Positions 1 to 8,965 of a DNA stretch of 64,000 bases are shown here, in pieces; the stretch's first letter is position 1, and each line of letters opens with the position of its first letter. Origin of the DNA: Candidatus Aenigmatarchaeota archaeon (GTDB lineage Archaea; Aenigmatarchaeota; Aenigmatarchaeia; QMZP01); assembly GCA_043824495.1 (NCBI GenBank), contig JBDRSV010000005.1:32001-96000 (forward strand), read 5' to 3'. The position numbers and the translations under genes were made by a program. Under the pieces are notes generated by a model. It was not told the DNA's origin, searched no databases, and worked only from the letters and a program-made list of their open reading frames with translations.

Positions 1-1256
1 GTGTAAGAAATATCAAATCTCTGAGGCATTTGGAAATCTACTTGTATAGTTGCGCATTGCCAGCTTCTTCCCAAAGAATCTTTTATGTGGAAGTCAATTT
101 TAGGTCCATAGAAAGCTCCATCACCTGGATTGAGTTTGTAATTCATTTTCAGCTTCTTTAGAGAATCTTCTAAAGCTTTCTCAGCTTTATCCCATATCTC
201 TTTTGAACCCATTGCCTTTTCAGGTCTTGTAGATAATTCTATATCGAATTTGAAACCGAATTTTTTGTAAAAACTTGTAACCATTTCAGCAACATTTTCT
301 ATTTCTTTTTCTAGTTGCTCTTCGGTCACGAAAATATGAGCATCGTCTTGAGTGAAAGCTCTTAATCTAAATAGTCCAGATAAAACACCACTCAATTCAT
401 TTCTATGTACAAGTCCAAGTTCTGCTAGTTTTAGAGGTAAATCCCTGTAACTCTTTTTTCCATTCTTGTAAACTAAGATAGCTCCAGGGCAATTCATTGG
501 TTTAACAGCAAAATCAACTTCGTCTATGTTAGTAAAAAACATGTTCTCTTTGTAGTGGTCCCAGTGACCACTTATTTCCCATATATTCTTGTTCATGATA
601 AGAGGAGTGTTAATCTCTTTGTAATCATATTTTACGTGTTCTTGTCTCCAGAATTCAATCATGTTATTCAAAATAACTTTTCCTTTTGGATGGAAGAATA
701 CCATACCAGGGGCAACTTCTTGGAAACTATACAAATCTAATTTCTGTCCAAGTATTCTGTGATCATTTTCACTTAGTTCTTCTCTGCTTAAGTGGGTTTT
801 ACCTGTAATTGTTTTAACATCCTTTTTCTGCTCTTCTTTTGCACTGATTTGTTTACTTAGTTCAGATAATGGGTGTCCTTTACAAGATAAATTGAAAGCT
901 TTGTACCAACCAAATGGAGCGCTTTTTATAGGAATTTTCTTCTTGGAAAGTTCCTGTTCTATTCTTTCAAGTACATGCATTGCGGTGTGAGGACTTGACA
1001 GATTCGGCGATAAATGAGCATAAGGATAAATTACAACATTTTTTGCTTTTACTTGTTCTAAAACTTTTATGATTTCTATTACAGTGTCACCTACAATCTT
1101 GTCTGGATTTTTTTCATCGTCCTTCTCAACTGCAGACATCACAACTAGAGCGTCTTCTACTCTTACCTTTCCTTTTTCTACATCATCTGCAGTTTTGATA
1201 GCCTTTTTCTTAGGTTCCCATTCCACAAAATCCGTGTGCAGTAAAAGTATCTTCAT
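1..1256 (-). CDS. thrS: Threonyl-tRNA synthetase, 5' part (runs off the window start); archaeal-type N-terminal editing domain plus class II catalytic domain
   Basis: Not in the ORF track because it is open at the edge. Manual translation from the ATG at 1256 gives MKILLLHTDFVEWEPKKKA...YPYAHL...APFGWYKAFNLSCKGHPL (editing domain), then VKPMNCPG, AFTQDDAHIF and GAFYGPKIDF (catalytic motifs). Confidence 0.95.
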   Translation of the reverse strand, partial: MKILLLHTDFVEWEPKKKAIKTADDVEKGKVRVEDALVVMSAVEKDDEKNPDKIVGDTVIEIIKVLEQVKAKNVVIYPYAHLSPNLSSPHTAMHVLERIEQELSKKKIPIKSAPFGWYKAFNLSCKGHPLSELSKQISAKEEQKKDVKTITGKTHLSREELSENDHRILGQKLDLYSFQEVAPGMVFFHPKGKVILNNMIEFWRQEHVKYDYKEINTPLIMNKNIWEISGHWDHYKENMFFTNIDEVDFAVKPMNCPGAILVYKNGKKSYRDLPLKLAELGLVHRNELSGVLSGLFRLRAFTQDDAHIFVTEEQLEKEIENVAEMVTSFYKKFGFKFDIELSTRPEKAMGSKEIWDKAEKALEDSLKKLKMNYKLNPGDGAFYGPKIDFHIKDSLGRSWQCATIQVDFQMPQRFDISY

Positions 1257-1320
1257 ATAACCACTATATAATTTATGTAATAGATGTTTTATAAATTAGA
1301 ATAACATAAATACACAATAT

Positions 1321-1393
1321 AGCCCTGTAGTCTAGTGGTCAAGGATGCGAGGTTCTGGTCCTCGTGACAGCGGTTCGAATCCGCTCGGGGCTA
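1321..1393 (+). tRNA. tRNA-Gln (anticodon CUG), no encoded CCA
   Basis: Cloverleaf with acceptor AGCCCTG/CGGGGCT, anticodon arm CGAGG-TTCTGGT-CCTCG, T arm AGCGG-TTCGAAT-CCGCT and discriminator A. The A1:U72 pair is typical of archaeal tRNA-Gln. Confidence 0.95.
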
Positions 1394-2461
1394 TGTTCCT
1401 ATATTCTTTACGTTCTTCCATATACCCTTAAATGATGATAAAAGTATATCACTGATACCCCCGGGATCATATGCTTTGAGGATTGCAAACACATATTTCG
1501 ACTTGAAATTTGGTGGATAAAAGGCCATGTATTTTGGTTCCCAGAAAGTTGGGCCGAACTTTTGTTTATAATTAAAAAGAGGTTTGAATTTATAAAAGTA
1601 GTTAAGATTATTGTATGCAAAATCAAGAGCTTTGTATATGAATTCTTTTTTCTTCTCATCTTTTGTAACATCAGCTAACGGGGCCGAACCTAAAGTAACA
1701 AGTTTGTATCCTTGTTCTCTTAGTATTCGAAATGTATCGGTTATTAATAATTCTGTTGTTCCTTTTTCTGGATCTTCCTTTCTCCTAAGTATATCAAAAT
1801 AAACACCATTACGAGAAAATATAGGTACACACACAAGAAAAGCCTCTAGCTTATTTTCTTGATTAAAGACAAGAAAATATTTTCTATCACGGGGATCATC
1901 TAGAGACGCTGTACCAACTAGAAATGAGAATTCTCCTGTTTTCTTTGATTTTTGCCATAATTCAGAAAGAGCTGCCATATGGTATTCGTAATCTCTGTCC
2001 CGTTTTTCTAATGGTCTATACTCCTCCACTCTGAAACCGTCTTTTTTTGCATGGTTTATTTCATTGCGCAGGTCCATGAATCTGCCTCCTGCAGTGTTCC
2101 ATTCATCTAAGTCAAAAAACGGCTCTTCTCCTATCTTAATATAGTTGAATCCCATTATCTCTAGAATATCTTTAACCTTCTTGCTGATTGCCTGAAAACA
2201 ACAGTCTTTATTGTTTCTTCGGCAAAATAATCTAAACTCGTGGACAAAATTTATAATGTTCTGGTCATCACACACCGGATCACCGGCAACAAGAAAAATA
2301 TCCGCTATTTCAATATAAGCTATAACACCTTCTATTCCTTTCTCGCTGAAAAAATATTTCTTATTGCCAATTAGTATATTATAAGAAGTTGAGTTGTATC
2401 CGTATTTTCTAATCAAGTCTAATATTCTATATTCATTCTCACCAAAATCGACATCATTCAT
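1391..2461 (-). CDS. Stand-alone MprF/aminoacyl-phosphatidylglycerol synthase C-terminal (DUF2156-like) domain protein
   Basis: Motifs VAGDPVC, KIGEEPFFDL, YFDILRR, GTTELLI, LGSAPLA, YKFKPLFNYKQKFGPTFWEPKY; no transmembrane flippase domain. Likely start is MNDVDF at 2461 (track start 2491). Confidence 0.8.
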   Translation of the reverse strand: MNDVDFGENEYRILDLIRKYGYNSTSYNILIGNKKYFFSEKGIEGVIAYIEIADIFLVAGDPVCDDQNIINFVHEFRLFCRRNNKDCCFQAISKKVKDILEIMGFNYIKIGEEPFFDLDEWNTAGGRFMDLRNEINHAKKDGFRVEEYRPLEKRDRDYEYHMAALSELWQKSKKTGEFSFLVGTASLDDPRDRKYFLVFNQENKLEAFLVCVPIFSRNGVYFDILRRKEDPEKGTTELLITDTFRILREQGYKLVTLGSAPLADVTKDEKKKEFIYKALDFAYNNLNYFYKFKPLFNYKQKFGPTFWEPKYMAFYPPNFKSKYVFAILKAYDPGGISDILLSSFKGIWKNVKNIGT

Positions 2462-2824
2462 ATAACGATTGGCATGACATGGTACAGCCACGAGTTTTTA
2501 AAAACTGATGATGACGTTGCGGGTCGCCACAAGGCTCATCCCCGATAAGCATATAACCACTTATGAGAGCTTAATGCTGCCATACCCATCCCCTCCATGG
2601 AATAATATTGGTGAAGTTAATAAATTCGTTCTCCAGAATGTCTTCATAATTTTCTCTTATTATTAATGCAATGCGAAAGAACAGTTAGAACATTTGTAGC
2701 TGTCGTGGGTTCAATTATGAAGAAAAACTGAATCAGTTATGATACTATATTGTAAGTTCCTTGGAATATGAATTTAATAAGGAATTCTACTTCTTATTTG
2801 GAGACCCCAAATGGAGGTGGTTAT

Positions 2825-2983
2825 ATGTGCCCTTTGCAGGCATTTCAGTTCCTAGAGCCCATAGAATTCAATATCTGTGATAAGTGTAGATCTTACAACA
2901 AACATCTAGAATCAACGGATATAGGATGGATATGTAGGTCATGTGTGAGGAGAGAATATATTGGAGGGGGAATGTTTATATGA
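2825..2983 (+). CDS. Small zinc-finger-like protein (CxxC...CxxC)
   Basis: GGAGGTGG Shine-Dalgarno before the ATG at 2825; CDKC and CRSC motifs; ATGA overlap with the next ORF. Confidence 0.5.
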   Translation: MCPLQAFQFLEPIEFNICDKCRSYNKHLESTDIGWICRSCVRREYIGGGMFI

Positions 2984-3126
2984 AAGAAGACGTTAAACTA
3001 GTCCCTGGAAAACAAGAGGAGGCGCCTGATATTCAATTAGTGCCATTCAGCAAACAATTGGTATCGCCCGCTGAACAAGAAGATGTATACCTTGACTTGT
3101 TTGACGTTGAATCTATCCTCGTTTAA
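2980..3126 (+). CDS. Small acidic hypothetical protein
   Basis: GGAGGGGG upstream; ATGA coupling with the preceding ORF; MKEDVKLVPGKQ... Confidence 0.4.
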   Translation: MKEDVKLVPGKQEEAPDIQLVPFSKQLVSPAEQEDVYLDLFDVESILV

Positions 3127-3137
3127 TTTTTATTTTT

Positions 3138-3425
3138 TTATTTTCTTGTTGTATATACAAGAGCAATAAGACCTCCTAGCTCTAATAAGTTCAATATTGA
3201 GTTGTGGAAGTTTACTCCATTTATATAGTCTATTCCAGAAAATAATCTAAAGTAAACAGAAGAAACATTGTTAAGGAACAATAGAACTACAAAGAAAAGG
3301 AGACCTCCTGTAAACCCGGATTTTATCTTTTTGTGAGTCTTTCCATAAAAAATCACAAGGTATAGTAATAGTAGGCTGTTTATTATGCGGACACCGATAG
3401 CGAAGTAAATGATATCGAAACTCAT
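3138..3425 (-). CDS. Small three-TM membrane protein
   Basis: Three hydrophobic segments; lies directly downstream of an ArsR-like regulator. Confidence 0.6.
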   Translation of the reverse strand: MSFDIIYFAIGVRIINSLLLLYLVIFYGKTHKKIKSGFTGGLLFFVVLLFLNNVSSVYFRLFSGIDYINGVNFHNSILNLLELGGLIALVYTTRK

Positions 3426-3461
3426 ATTTATTTACACCCTTAGCTTCTTTTTATTTCTTTC

Positions 3462-3785
3462 TCATAATCTCTTCTTAATTTCTTCAAGTGTGGCCTTTTC
3501 GCTTTCGAAAAGCTCGGTAAAAAAATATATTTCACCATACGTCTTGCCCTCAGAGTAAATAATATTGTTATCAACAAGAATTTTTATGTGATGTAGTATT
3601 GTTCTATAATCCACATCGAGTTGTTTGCTTAACTGGTGCATGTTATACGGTCTTTGTTTCAAAAGCTCGACAATTTTTAATCTGGTTGTTCCACCCTTTG
3701 TACCTACGAAAATGTACCACATGAGATTCCTAAATCTCTGAGGAGTTATCATGTTAATAATATGATTTTTATATTTAAATCCCAA
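3462..3785 (-). CDS. ArsR-like winged-helix transcription regulator
   Basis: LMWYIFVGTKGGTTRLKIVELLKQRPYNMHQLSKQLDVDYRTILHHIKIL has an HTH pattern typical of archaeal ArsR-like proteins. Confidence 0.8.
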   Translation of the reverse strand: MGFKYKNHIINMITPQRFRNLMWYIFVGTKGGTTRLKIVELLKQRPYNMHQLSKQLDVDYRTILHHIKILVDNNIIYSEGKTYGEIYFFTELFESEKATLEEIKKRL

Positions 3786-3832
3786 CCTGAAGCATAACAG
3801 TTACTTGTTCTCATATTCTACTCTGCGCGGGG

Positions 3833-4825
3833 CTATCTTTTTTCTGCAATGACTACATGCATCATTACATCTTCTCTTACTTCTCCATCGGGGATCTTTG
3901 GATCGTGTCCCCAATCAACAAGAGCACCATTTTCATAACTAAATCTATTATTTTGTCCTACATCAGATGGTACGCCCATGAGCATCATGGCTCTTTCACT
4001 TATTTCATTTTTAGTTGATCTAGCGTTCGCTCGGACTCTGCCTGCTTGTTCTAATCCGAATCCAGAATTTTCCAAAACTTGAGCCATATACGCTGTTAAA
4101 TAATCATTAACTCCGATGGGTCCATATTCAATAGAATCAAATGATCGAAGAAATACTCCCCTATCATAAAGACGATTATTTACAATGAAAAGTTTCTCTT
4201 CATACTCACATGGAATATCTGGACTGGCTCCCATCGCTAATCTTTTTGCAGATTCTCTCATAAGAAGAGCTGGTTCTCCTGGCTGTAAATCTTGAAAATG
4301 AACAAAATGTCCACCTGGTCTTAGGCATCTCTTCGTTTCTTCTGCAGCTATTTCCTGAAAAACAATTCCATCCCATGAACTAAGACCTGCAATTACATCT
4401 ACACTAGCGTCAGATAAGGGCATATCATACATGCTCCCAACATCTACTCTAGGAGTTCTACCAAGACTCTGACTAAATTCTCTATTGTGTTCTACCGCCT
4501 GTGGATTGATATCAAATTGTCGCCAGTCAAGACCTTCTGGAAGATAGAAATTTTGTAACCAACCACGAACACCAGAACCAAATTCTGCACCTTGGTTTAT
4601 TGACGAGAAATCGAATGCACTTCTTACTAGTTTTTTTGCAGCTTCCATTATTCTAAATCTTACAATTCTATAATGGTGCTGGTAATCAATAGAATCATTT
4701 GCTAGCCAACCAGTCTCATATGCTAACGCTTCATCTGTAAGAAATCCTTCGCCGGCTAATCTATAATCTCTCCTTACTTCATCACCTGTGACGATTCTAC
4801 TATAATTTCTATTATGTACTTCCAT
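3833..4825 (-). CDS. Class I SAM-dependent methyltransferase-like protein
   Basis: GAEFGSGVRG (motif I), FDINPQAV, GSMYDMPLSDASVDVI, RCLRPGGHF. Confidence 0.7.
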   Translation of the reverse strand: MEVHNRNYSRIVTGDEVRRDYRLAGEGFLTDEALAYETGWLANDSIDYQHHYRIVRFRIMEAAKKLVRSAFDFSSINQGAEFGSGVRGWLQNFYLPEGLDWRQFDINPQAVEHNREFSQSLGRTPRVDVGSMYDMPLSDASVDVIAGLSSWDGIVFQEIAAEETKRCLRPGGHFVHFQDLQPGEPALLMRESAKRLAMGASPDIPCEYEEKLFIVNNRLYDRGVFLRSFDSIEYGPIGVNDYLTAYMAQVLENSGFGLEQAGRVRANARSTKNEISERAMMLMGVPSDVGQNNRFSYENGALVDWGHDPKIPDGEVREDVMMHVVIAEKR

Positions 4826-4955
4826 GGTTTAGGAAGTGAGCTTAATTTTAAATAGATACGCCCAGAAGAGTGAATCCGAAGATGACCATAAATCTACCTT
4901 ATAAGAAGTAAAACACAATTATATATTATTAAAATACCAATATGGAGGTAAAATT

Positions 4956-5189
4956 ATGGCTACAGCCAAAAGAGAAGAACGAAGAGAAGAACGAAGAGAA
5001 GAACGAAGAGAAACACGAAGAGACGGAAGAGTGGATGTTGCAAGATTGGATGTACGAGTTGAAAGAGACATTTCCGATGTACGAAGAGAAGCAGCAGAAG
5101 CAAGAAGAGACGCATCAGAAGCACGAAGAGAAGCATCAGAAGCACGAAGAATGATTGAAGAAAGACTTTTAGAAGAAAGAAGAAGATAA
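4956..5189 (+). CDS. Arg/Glu-rich low-complexity small protein
   Basis: GGAGGT SD before the ATG at 4956; REER and EAxEARR repeats; long T-rich tract downstream. Confidence 0.6.
   Translation: MATAKREERREERREERRETRRDGRVDVARLDVRVERDISDVRREAAEARRDASEARREASEARRMIEERLLEERRR
4971..5018 (+). repeat. 12-nt tandem repeat AGAGAAGAACGA (3 exact copies + 1 variant), coding
   Basis: Units at 4971, 4983, 4995 and a variant at 5007; encodes REER. Confidence 0.9.
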
Positions 5190-5240
5190 ATTTCATTTTT
5201 TTTGGAAGTCTTTTTTTATTATTTTTTTTATTATTTTATT
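5190..5240 (+). terminator. T-rich tract between convergent genes, candidate archaeal terminator
   Basis: Several T7-T8 runs directly after the 4956..5189 stop. Confidence 0.5.
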
Positions 5241-5281
5241 GTATACAATCTTTTATTGTGTTCTCTATAATACTCAGAATC

Positions 5282-5500
5282 CTATTTCTCATACTTGATA
5301 ATTTTTACTTTGTATTGTGCTGCTAAACAAATAATCATTATTACAAGATAAAAATACCAAGGAAATTCCATGGCGTCGCTTCTAAATTGTGGCCATGCTG
5401 TGTATAGAAAAAGTATAAAGAACATTGTAGCTATTATAAGAAGAACTACGTGATATCTCTTCATTTCAAATGTATCATGAAATCTGTCACTTAACCACAT
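5282..5500 (-). CDS. Small two-TM membrane protein
   Basis: Two hydrophobic helices; ORF track. Confidence 0.5.
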   Translation of the reverse strand: MWLSDRFHDTFEMKRYHVVLLIIATMFFILFLYTAWPQFRSDAMEFPWYFYLVIMIICLAAQYKVKIIKYEK

Positions 5501-5588
5501 AATTATCTGCTTCTAGTTTAAACTTCCCCATCAATACTTATAAAACTTGAACACAAGAATAAACATAAAAAATCAGAGAGGTGTAAAC

Positions 5589-5759
5589 ATGCCTGTAAAG
5601 ACAGGAGAATTTAAAGGACATAAAACATTGACCTTGATGAGGAATGAGGATGATAAATACCCATTCACTTTCGGTGTTGCAAAAGCAAAGTTAATAATGG
5701 AATACTTCGAAGACATCAAGAAATTTGTTGAAGAAAGCGACGCACAACCAGAGGAATAA
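5589..5759 (+). CDS. Small conserved-looking hypothetical protein (MPVKTGEFKGHKTLTL...YPFTFGVAKAKLI)
   Basis: GAGGTG SD before the ATG at 5589; compact, non-repetitive sequence. Confidence 0.65.
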   Translation: MPVKTGEFKGHKTLTLMRNEDDKYPFTFGVAKAKLIMEYFEDIKKFVEESDAQPEE

Positions 5760-5778
5760 ACACCTCTGGAGTGATGAT

Positions 5779-6243
5779 ATGAAAAAAGAGTTGGTTTTTG
5801 GTATTGTGGTTATAGCAGTGGTAGCCTATACAGCCTTTTTTTATCAAGACCCTTACACGAGTATCCAGGTCACTGGAGCTCAAACTGAAGATCAAGCAGT
5901 TGAACTTAAACAGCAAGTTCTAAATGTTATAGGAAGTAAACTGTCCTCTGTTACTGATGTGATTATACATGAGAAAGGAGAGGAAATAGAAACCGGAGAC
6001 AAAGTAAAGTTAGTGGAAATAGAGAGAGCAGACGGGAAAGTGGTTACATATCTAGGAAATCCAAAAGCTCAATTATCTCCCATAGTTCCTAAATTCATGA
6101 GTGTTTTCTGTACTTCTCAAGTAGTTGAGAAGCATTGTTATGCAAAACCTCTAGCAAATGGAGACTTTGTTCACTATTACTGTGACGCATCTACTTGTTC
6201 TTGTACCCATCCAACGGTGAATGACCCATGCTCAACAGAGTGA
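5779..6243 (+). CDS. Membrane-anchored/secreted protein with Cys-rich C-terminus
   Basis: GGAGTG SD; N-terminal hydrophobic helix MKKELVFGIVVIAVV; six Cys in the last ~50 aa. Confidence 0.6.
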   Translation: MKKELVFGIVVIAVVAYTAFFYQDPYTSIQVTGAQTEDQAVELKQQVLNVIGSKLSSVTDVIIHEKGEEIETGDKVKLVEIERADGKVVTYLGNPKAQLSPIVPKFMSVFCTSQVVEKHCYAKPLANGDFVHYYCDASTCSCTHPTVNDPCSTE

Positions 6244-6272
6244 TATATATAGTCTATAATTAGTGTATACTT

Positions 6273-6569
6273 ATGAGAAATATCATCAATTTTTTGCTTG
6301 TAGTTGCACTGACGGTATCAACACTATCTATTACAGCGTTAGCACAAACACCTGAAGCTTATGGCGATGTAGGAATTCTAGCTGGTATGGCAATTTTATG
6401 GACGGCTATTGCAGTCATAAATGTCATCATCTTCATACTGGTTTTGATTGACATCTTGAAAGCCAAAAATGCTGCATCTTGGAAAGTAACATGGTTGATA
6501 GTGGTTTTGATATTAGGCATAATTGGACTACTGTTATACTGGTTCATAGGAAGAAAGAAGAAAGTTTGA
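6273..6569 (+). CDS. Membrane protein with PLDc_N-like (cardiolipin synthase N-terminal) domain
   Basis: IDILKAKNAASWKVTWLIVVLILGIIGLLLYWFIGRK. Confidence 0.7.
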   Translation: MRNIINFLLVVALTVSTLSITALAQTPEAYGDVGILAGMAILWTAIAVINVIIFILVLIDILKAKNAASWKVTWLIVVLILGIIGLLLYWFIGRKKKV

Positions 6570-6665
6570 TCTTCTTCCTGTAATCAAAGTAATTCCTCAA
6601 AAGTAGTGAAAACAATACCTTTATAAAGTTTTATGTTATGTTTTTAGCATAAAATTGGAGTTTAT

Positions 6666-8735
6666 ATGAAAATCGCTTTAATTACCCTCGTTTTGACTAT
6701 GATCTTAGTTTTAGGTTTATCTCAAACAGTTCTAGCACAAGTCAATGTAGGAGATTTACCTGCTAAAGGCAATTCTGATGCTCCTATTACAATAGTAGAG
6801 TTCTCAGATTTTCAATGTTCATTCTGTGCAAGATTTACATCACAAACTCTTCTAGAAATACAAACTAAATATATAGACACCGGTAAAGTCAAATTCTATT
6901 TCAGAGACTTTCCTTTAAGTTTCCATCAGCAAGCAAAGCCAGCTGCTTTAGCAGCAAGATGTGCAGATGATCAAGGTAAGTTCTGGGAATTTCATGACTT
7001 AATTTTCGAAAATCAACAAGACCTAAGTGAAGCAACATACAAACAATGGGCATCTGATCTCGAATTAAATACTGTAGAGTTCAATTCATGTTTCGATTCA
7101 AATAAATACAGCGCTGAAATTGACGCTGATTTTTCAGCAGGTCAAGCAGTGGGTGTAAGCGGTACACCATCATTCTTTATTAACGGGCACAAAGTTGTAG
7201 GAGCTCAACCATTTGCAGCATTTGAAAATGTAATAGAACAACTTTTAGATGGAACTTTAGAACCAGTTGATCCTACTGATATACCAGAACCTACTATTCC
7301 AGAAACGCAACCAGTACCACCATTACCTGAAATTGTTGATGTTGATGTTGGAAGCTTACCAGTAAAAGGTGCTTCAAATGCTCCAGTAACAATTATAGAA
7401 TTCTCTGATTTCGAATGTCCATTCTGTGGAAGATTCACATCACAAACTCTTTCAATGATTGAATCTGAATATGTAGACACAGGAAAGGTAAAATTCTACT
7501 ACAGAGATTTCCCATTGAGTTTTCATCAACAAGCAATGCCGGCAGCTATTGCTGCAAGATGTGCAAATGAGCAAGGAGAGTTCTGGGCATTTCATGATTT
7601 AAATTACGAAAACCAACAGAATCTTGGTGAATCAGTATACAAACAATGGGCATCTAATCTTGGTTTAAACATAGCTCAATTCAATTCATGCTTTGATTCA
7701 GAAAAATATGAAACAGCTGTTCAAGCAGACTTTGCAGCAGGTCAGGCAGCAGGTGTAAGTGGAACGCCATCATTCTTTATTGGAAACAGTCAGGACGGAT
7801 ACCAAAAATTGGTTGGAGCTCAATCATTTGCAGCATTCAAAACAGTTATAGATCAGCAACTTGGTGTAGAACCAGATCCTTATCCTGATACACCGGGAAC
7901 AGAAGATATGCAACCAGAACCAGTTAAAGGAAATCCAAACGCTCCAGTAACAATCGTAGAATTCTCTGATTTCGAATGTCCATTCTGTGCAAGATTCTTT
8001 ACAAGTACTCATGGACAAATTGTTTCAGAATATGTAGATGCTGGTCATGCAAAAATAACATTTAGTAATTTCCCTCTAAGTTTCCATCAGAATGCACAGT
8101 CAGCTGCAGAGGCTTCTGAGTGTGCTCATGAACAAGGTAAATTCTGGGAATTCCATGATCTTGTATTTGAAAATCAAAATTCTCTAGATGTAACACAATA
8201 TAAACAGTGGGCATCACAACTAGGGTTGAATACAGCAAGATTTAATTCTTGTGTAGATACACACAAATATGCACCTGAAGTGAGACATGATTTTGCTCAA
8301 GGACAAGCAAAAGGAGTTCGTGGAACACCATCATTCTTCATCAATGGTGAGAACCTTGTAGGTGCTCAACCATTCTCAGCATTCAAAGCTGTGATAGATA
8401 AATACTTGGATACAGATGAACCAGAAACACAGCCAGATGATATAGACACAGAGATCTTAGACATTGTATTCAAGCTTGAGAGCTTGGGAATCAAAGTAGA
8501 TAAGTTAGCAACACTATCAGGATCACTAGCTTCATATTACTCAAACACAGGTGATTTCGCAAGAGCAACTCACTGGCAAGAAGTCGCAAACATGTTCGAT
8601 AATGTAATGGATTTCATGGATGAGATAAAGAGCGAATTAAACAGAACAAGAGATCTATTTGATGCAAGAAACAGCATCTCTGAATTAACAAGCTTCATAG
8701 GAAGTATAATTAACAAGATATTAGGATTTGTATGA
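6666..8735 (+). CDS. Secreted protein with three tandem DsbA-like thioredoxin domains
   Basis: Signal peptide; EFSDFQCSFC, EFSDFECPFC and EFSDFECPFC active sites, each followed by a GTPSFF cis-Pro loop; Pro-rich linkers; helical C-tail. Confidence 0.9.
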   Translation: MKIALITLVLTMILVLGLSQTVLAQVNVGDLPAKGNSDAPITIVEFSDFQCSFCARFTSQTLLEIQTKYIDTGKVKFYFRDFPLSFHQQAKPAALAARCADDQGKFWEFHDLIFENQQDLSEATYKQWASDLELNTVEFNSCFDSNKYSAEIDADFSAGQAVGVSGTPSFFINGHKVVGAQPFAAFENVIEQLLDGTLEPVDPTDIPEPTIPETQPVPPLPEIVDVDVGSLPVKGASNAPVTIIEFSDFECPFCGRFTSQTLSMIESEYVDTGKVKFYYRDFPLSFHQQAMPAAIAARCANEQGEFWAFHDLNYENQQNLGESVYKQWASNLGLNIAQFNSCFDSEKYETAVQADFAAGQAAGVSGTPSFFIGNSQDGYQKLVGAQSFAAFKTVIDQQLGVEPDPYPDTPGTEDMQPEPVKGNPNAPVTIVEFSDFECPFCARFFTSTHGQIVSEYVDAGHAKITFSNFPLSFHQNAQSAAEASECAHEQGKFWEFHDLVFENQNSLDVTQYKQWASQLGLNTARFNSCVDTHKYAPEVRHDFAQGQAKGVRGTPSFFINGENLVGAQPFSAFKAVIDKYLDTDEPETQPDDIDTEILDIVFKLESLGIKVDKLATLSGSLASYYSNTGDFARATHWQEVANMFDNVMDFMDEIKSELNRTRDLFDARNSISELTSFIGSIINKILGFV
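7396..7989 (+). repeat. 33-bp exact intragenic direct repeat between DsbA domains 2 and 3
   Basis: TAGAATTCTCTGATTTCGAATGTCCATTCTGTG at 7396-7428 and 7957-7989. Confidence 0.85.
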
Positions 8736-8965
8736 AGGGAATTCAAATAGCTTTGATAATTTTGGTAATATTGGTCTTAGTTAGCTTTGGTTACATTGCT
8801 AGCACAACATACACAGGTATGATAGTTGGAGACAATACGGACAATGATAACACAGTTACAATTTCTGATAATCCAGAACAAAACGAGATCAAAGATGTGC
8901 AGAAGCAATTGAGCGAAATACAAAAAGATCTCAAGGATCTACAAGACCAATTAGCTGACATTTAA
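8732..8965 (+). CDS. Small membrane-anchored coiled-coil protein
   Basis: N-terminal TM helix, C-terminal heptad pattern; ATGA overlap with the DsbA gene. Confidence 0.55.
   Translation: MKGIQIALIILVILVLVSFGYIASTTYTGMIVGDNTDNDNTVTISDNPEQNEIKDVQKQLSEIQKDLKDLQDQLADI

Noticed and set aside
4971-5150. Possible CRISPR-like or non-coding repeat array
   Set aside because: The repeats are contiguous 12- and 21-nt units without spacers and lie in frame in an ORF with an SD; no cas genes are present.
4942-5196. Alternative ORFs 4942..5154 (+) and 4960..5196 (-, hydrophobic)
   Set aside because: These are by-products of GAA-rich repeats lacking stops; only the 4956 start has a properly spaced SD.
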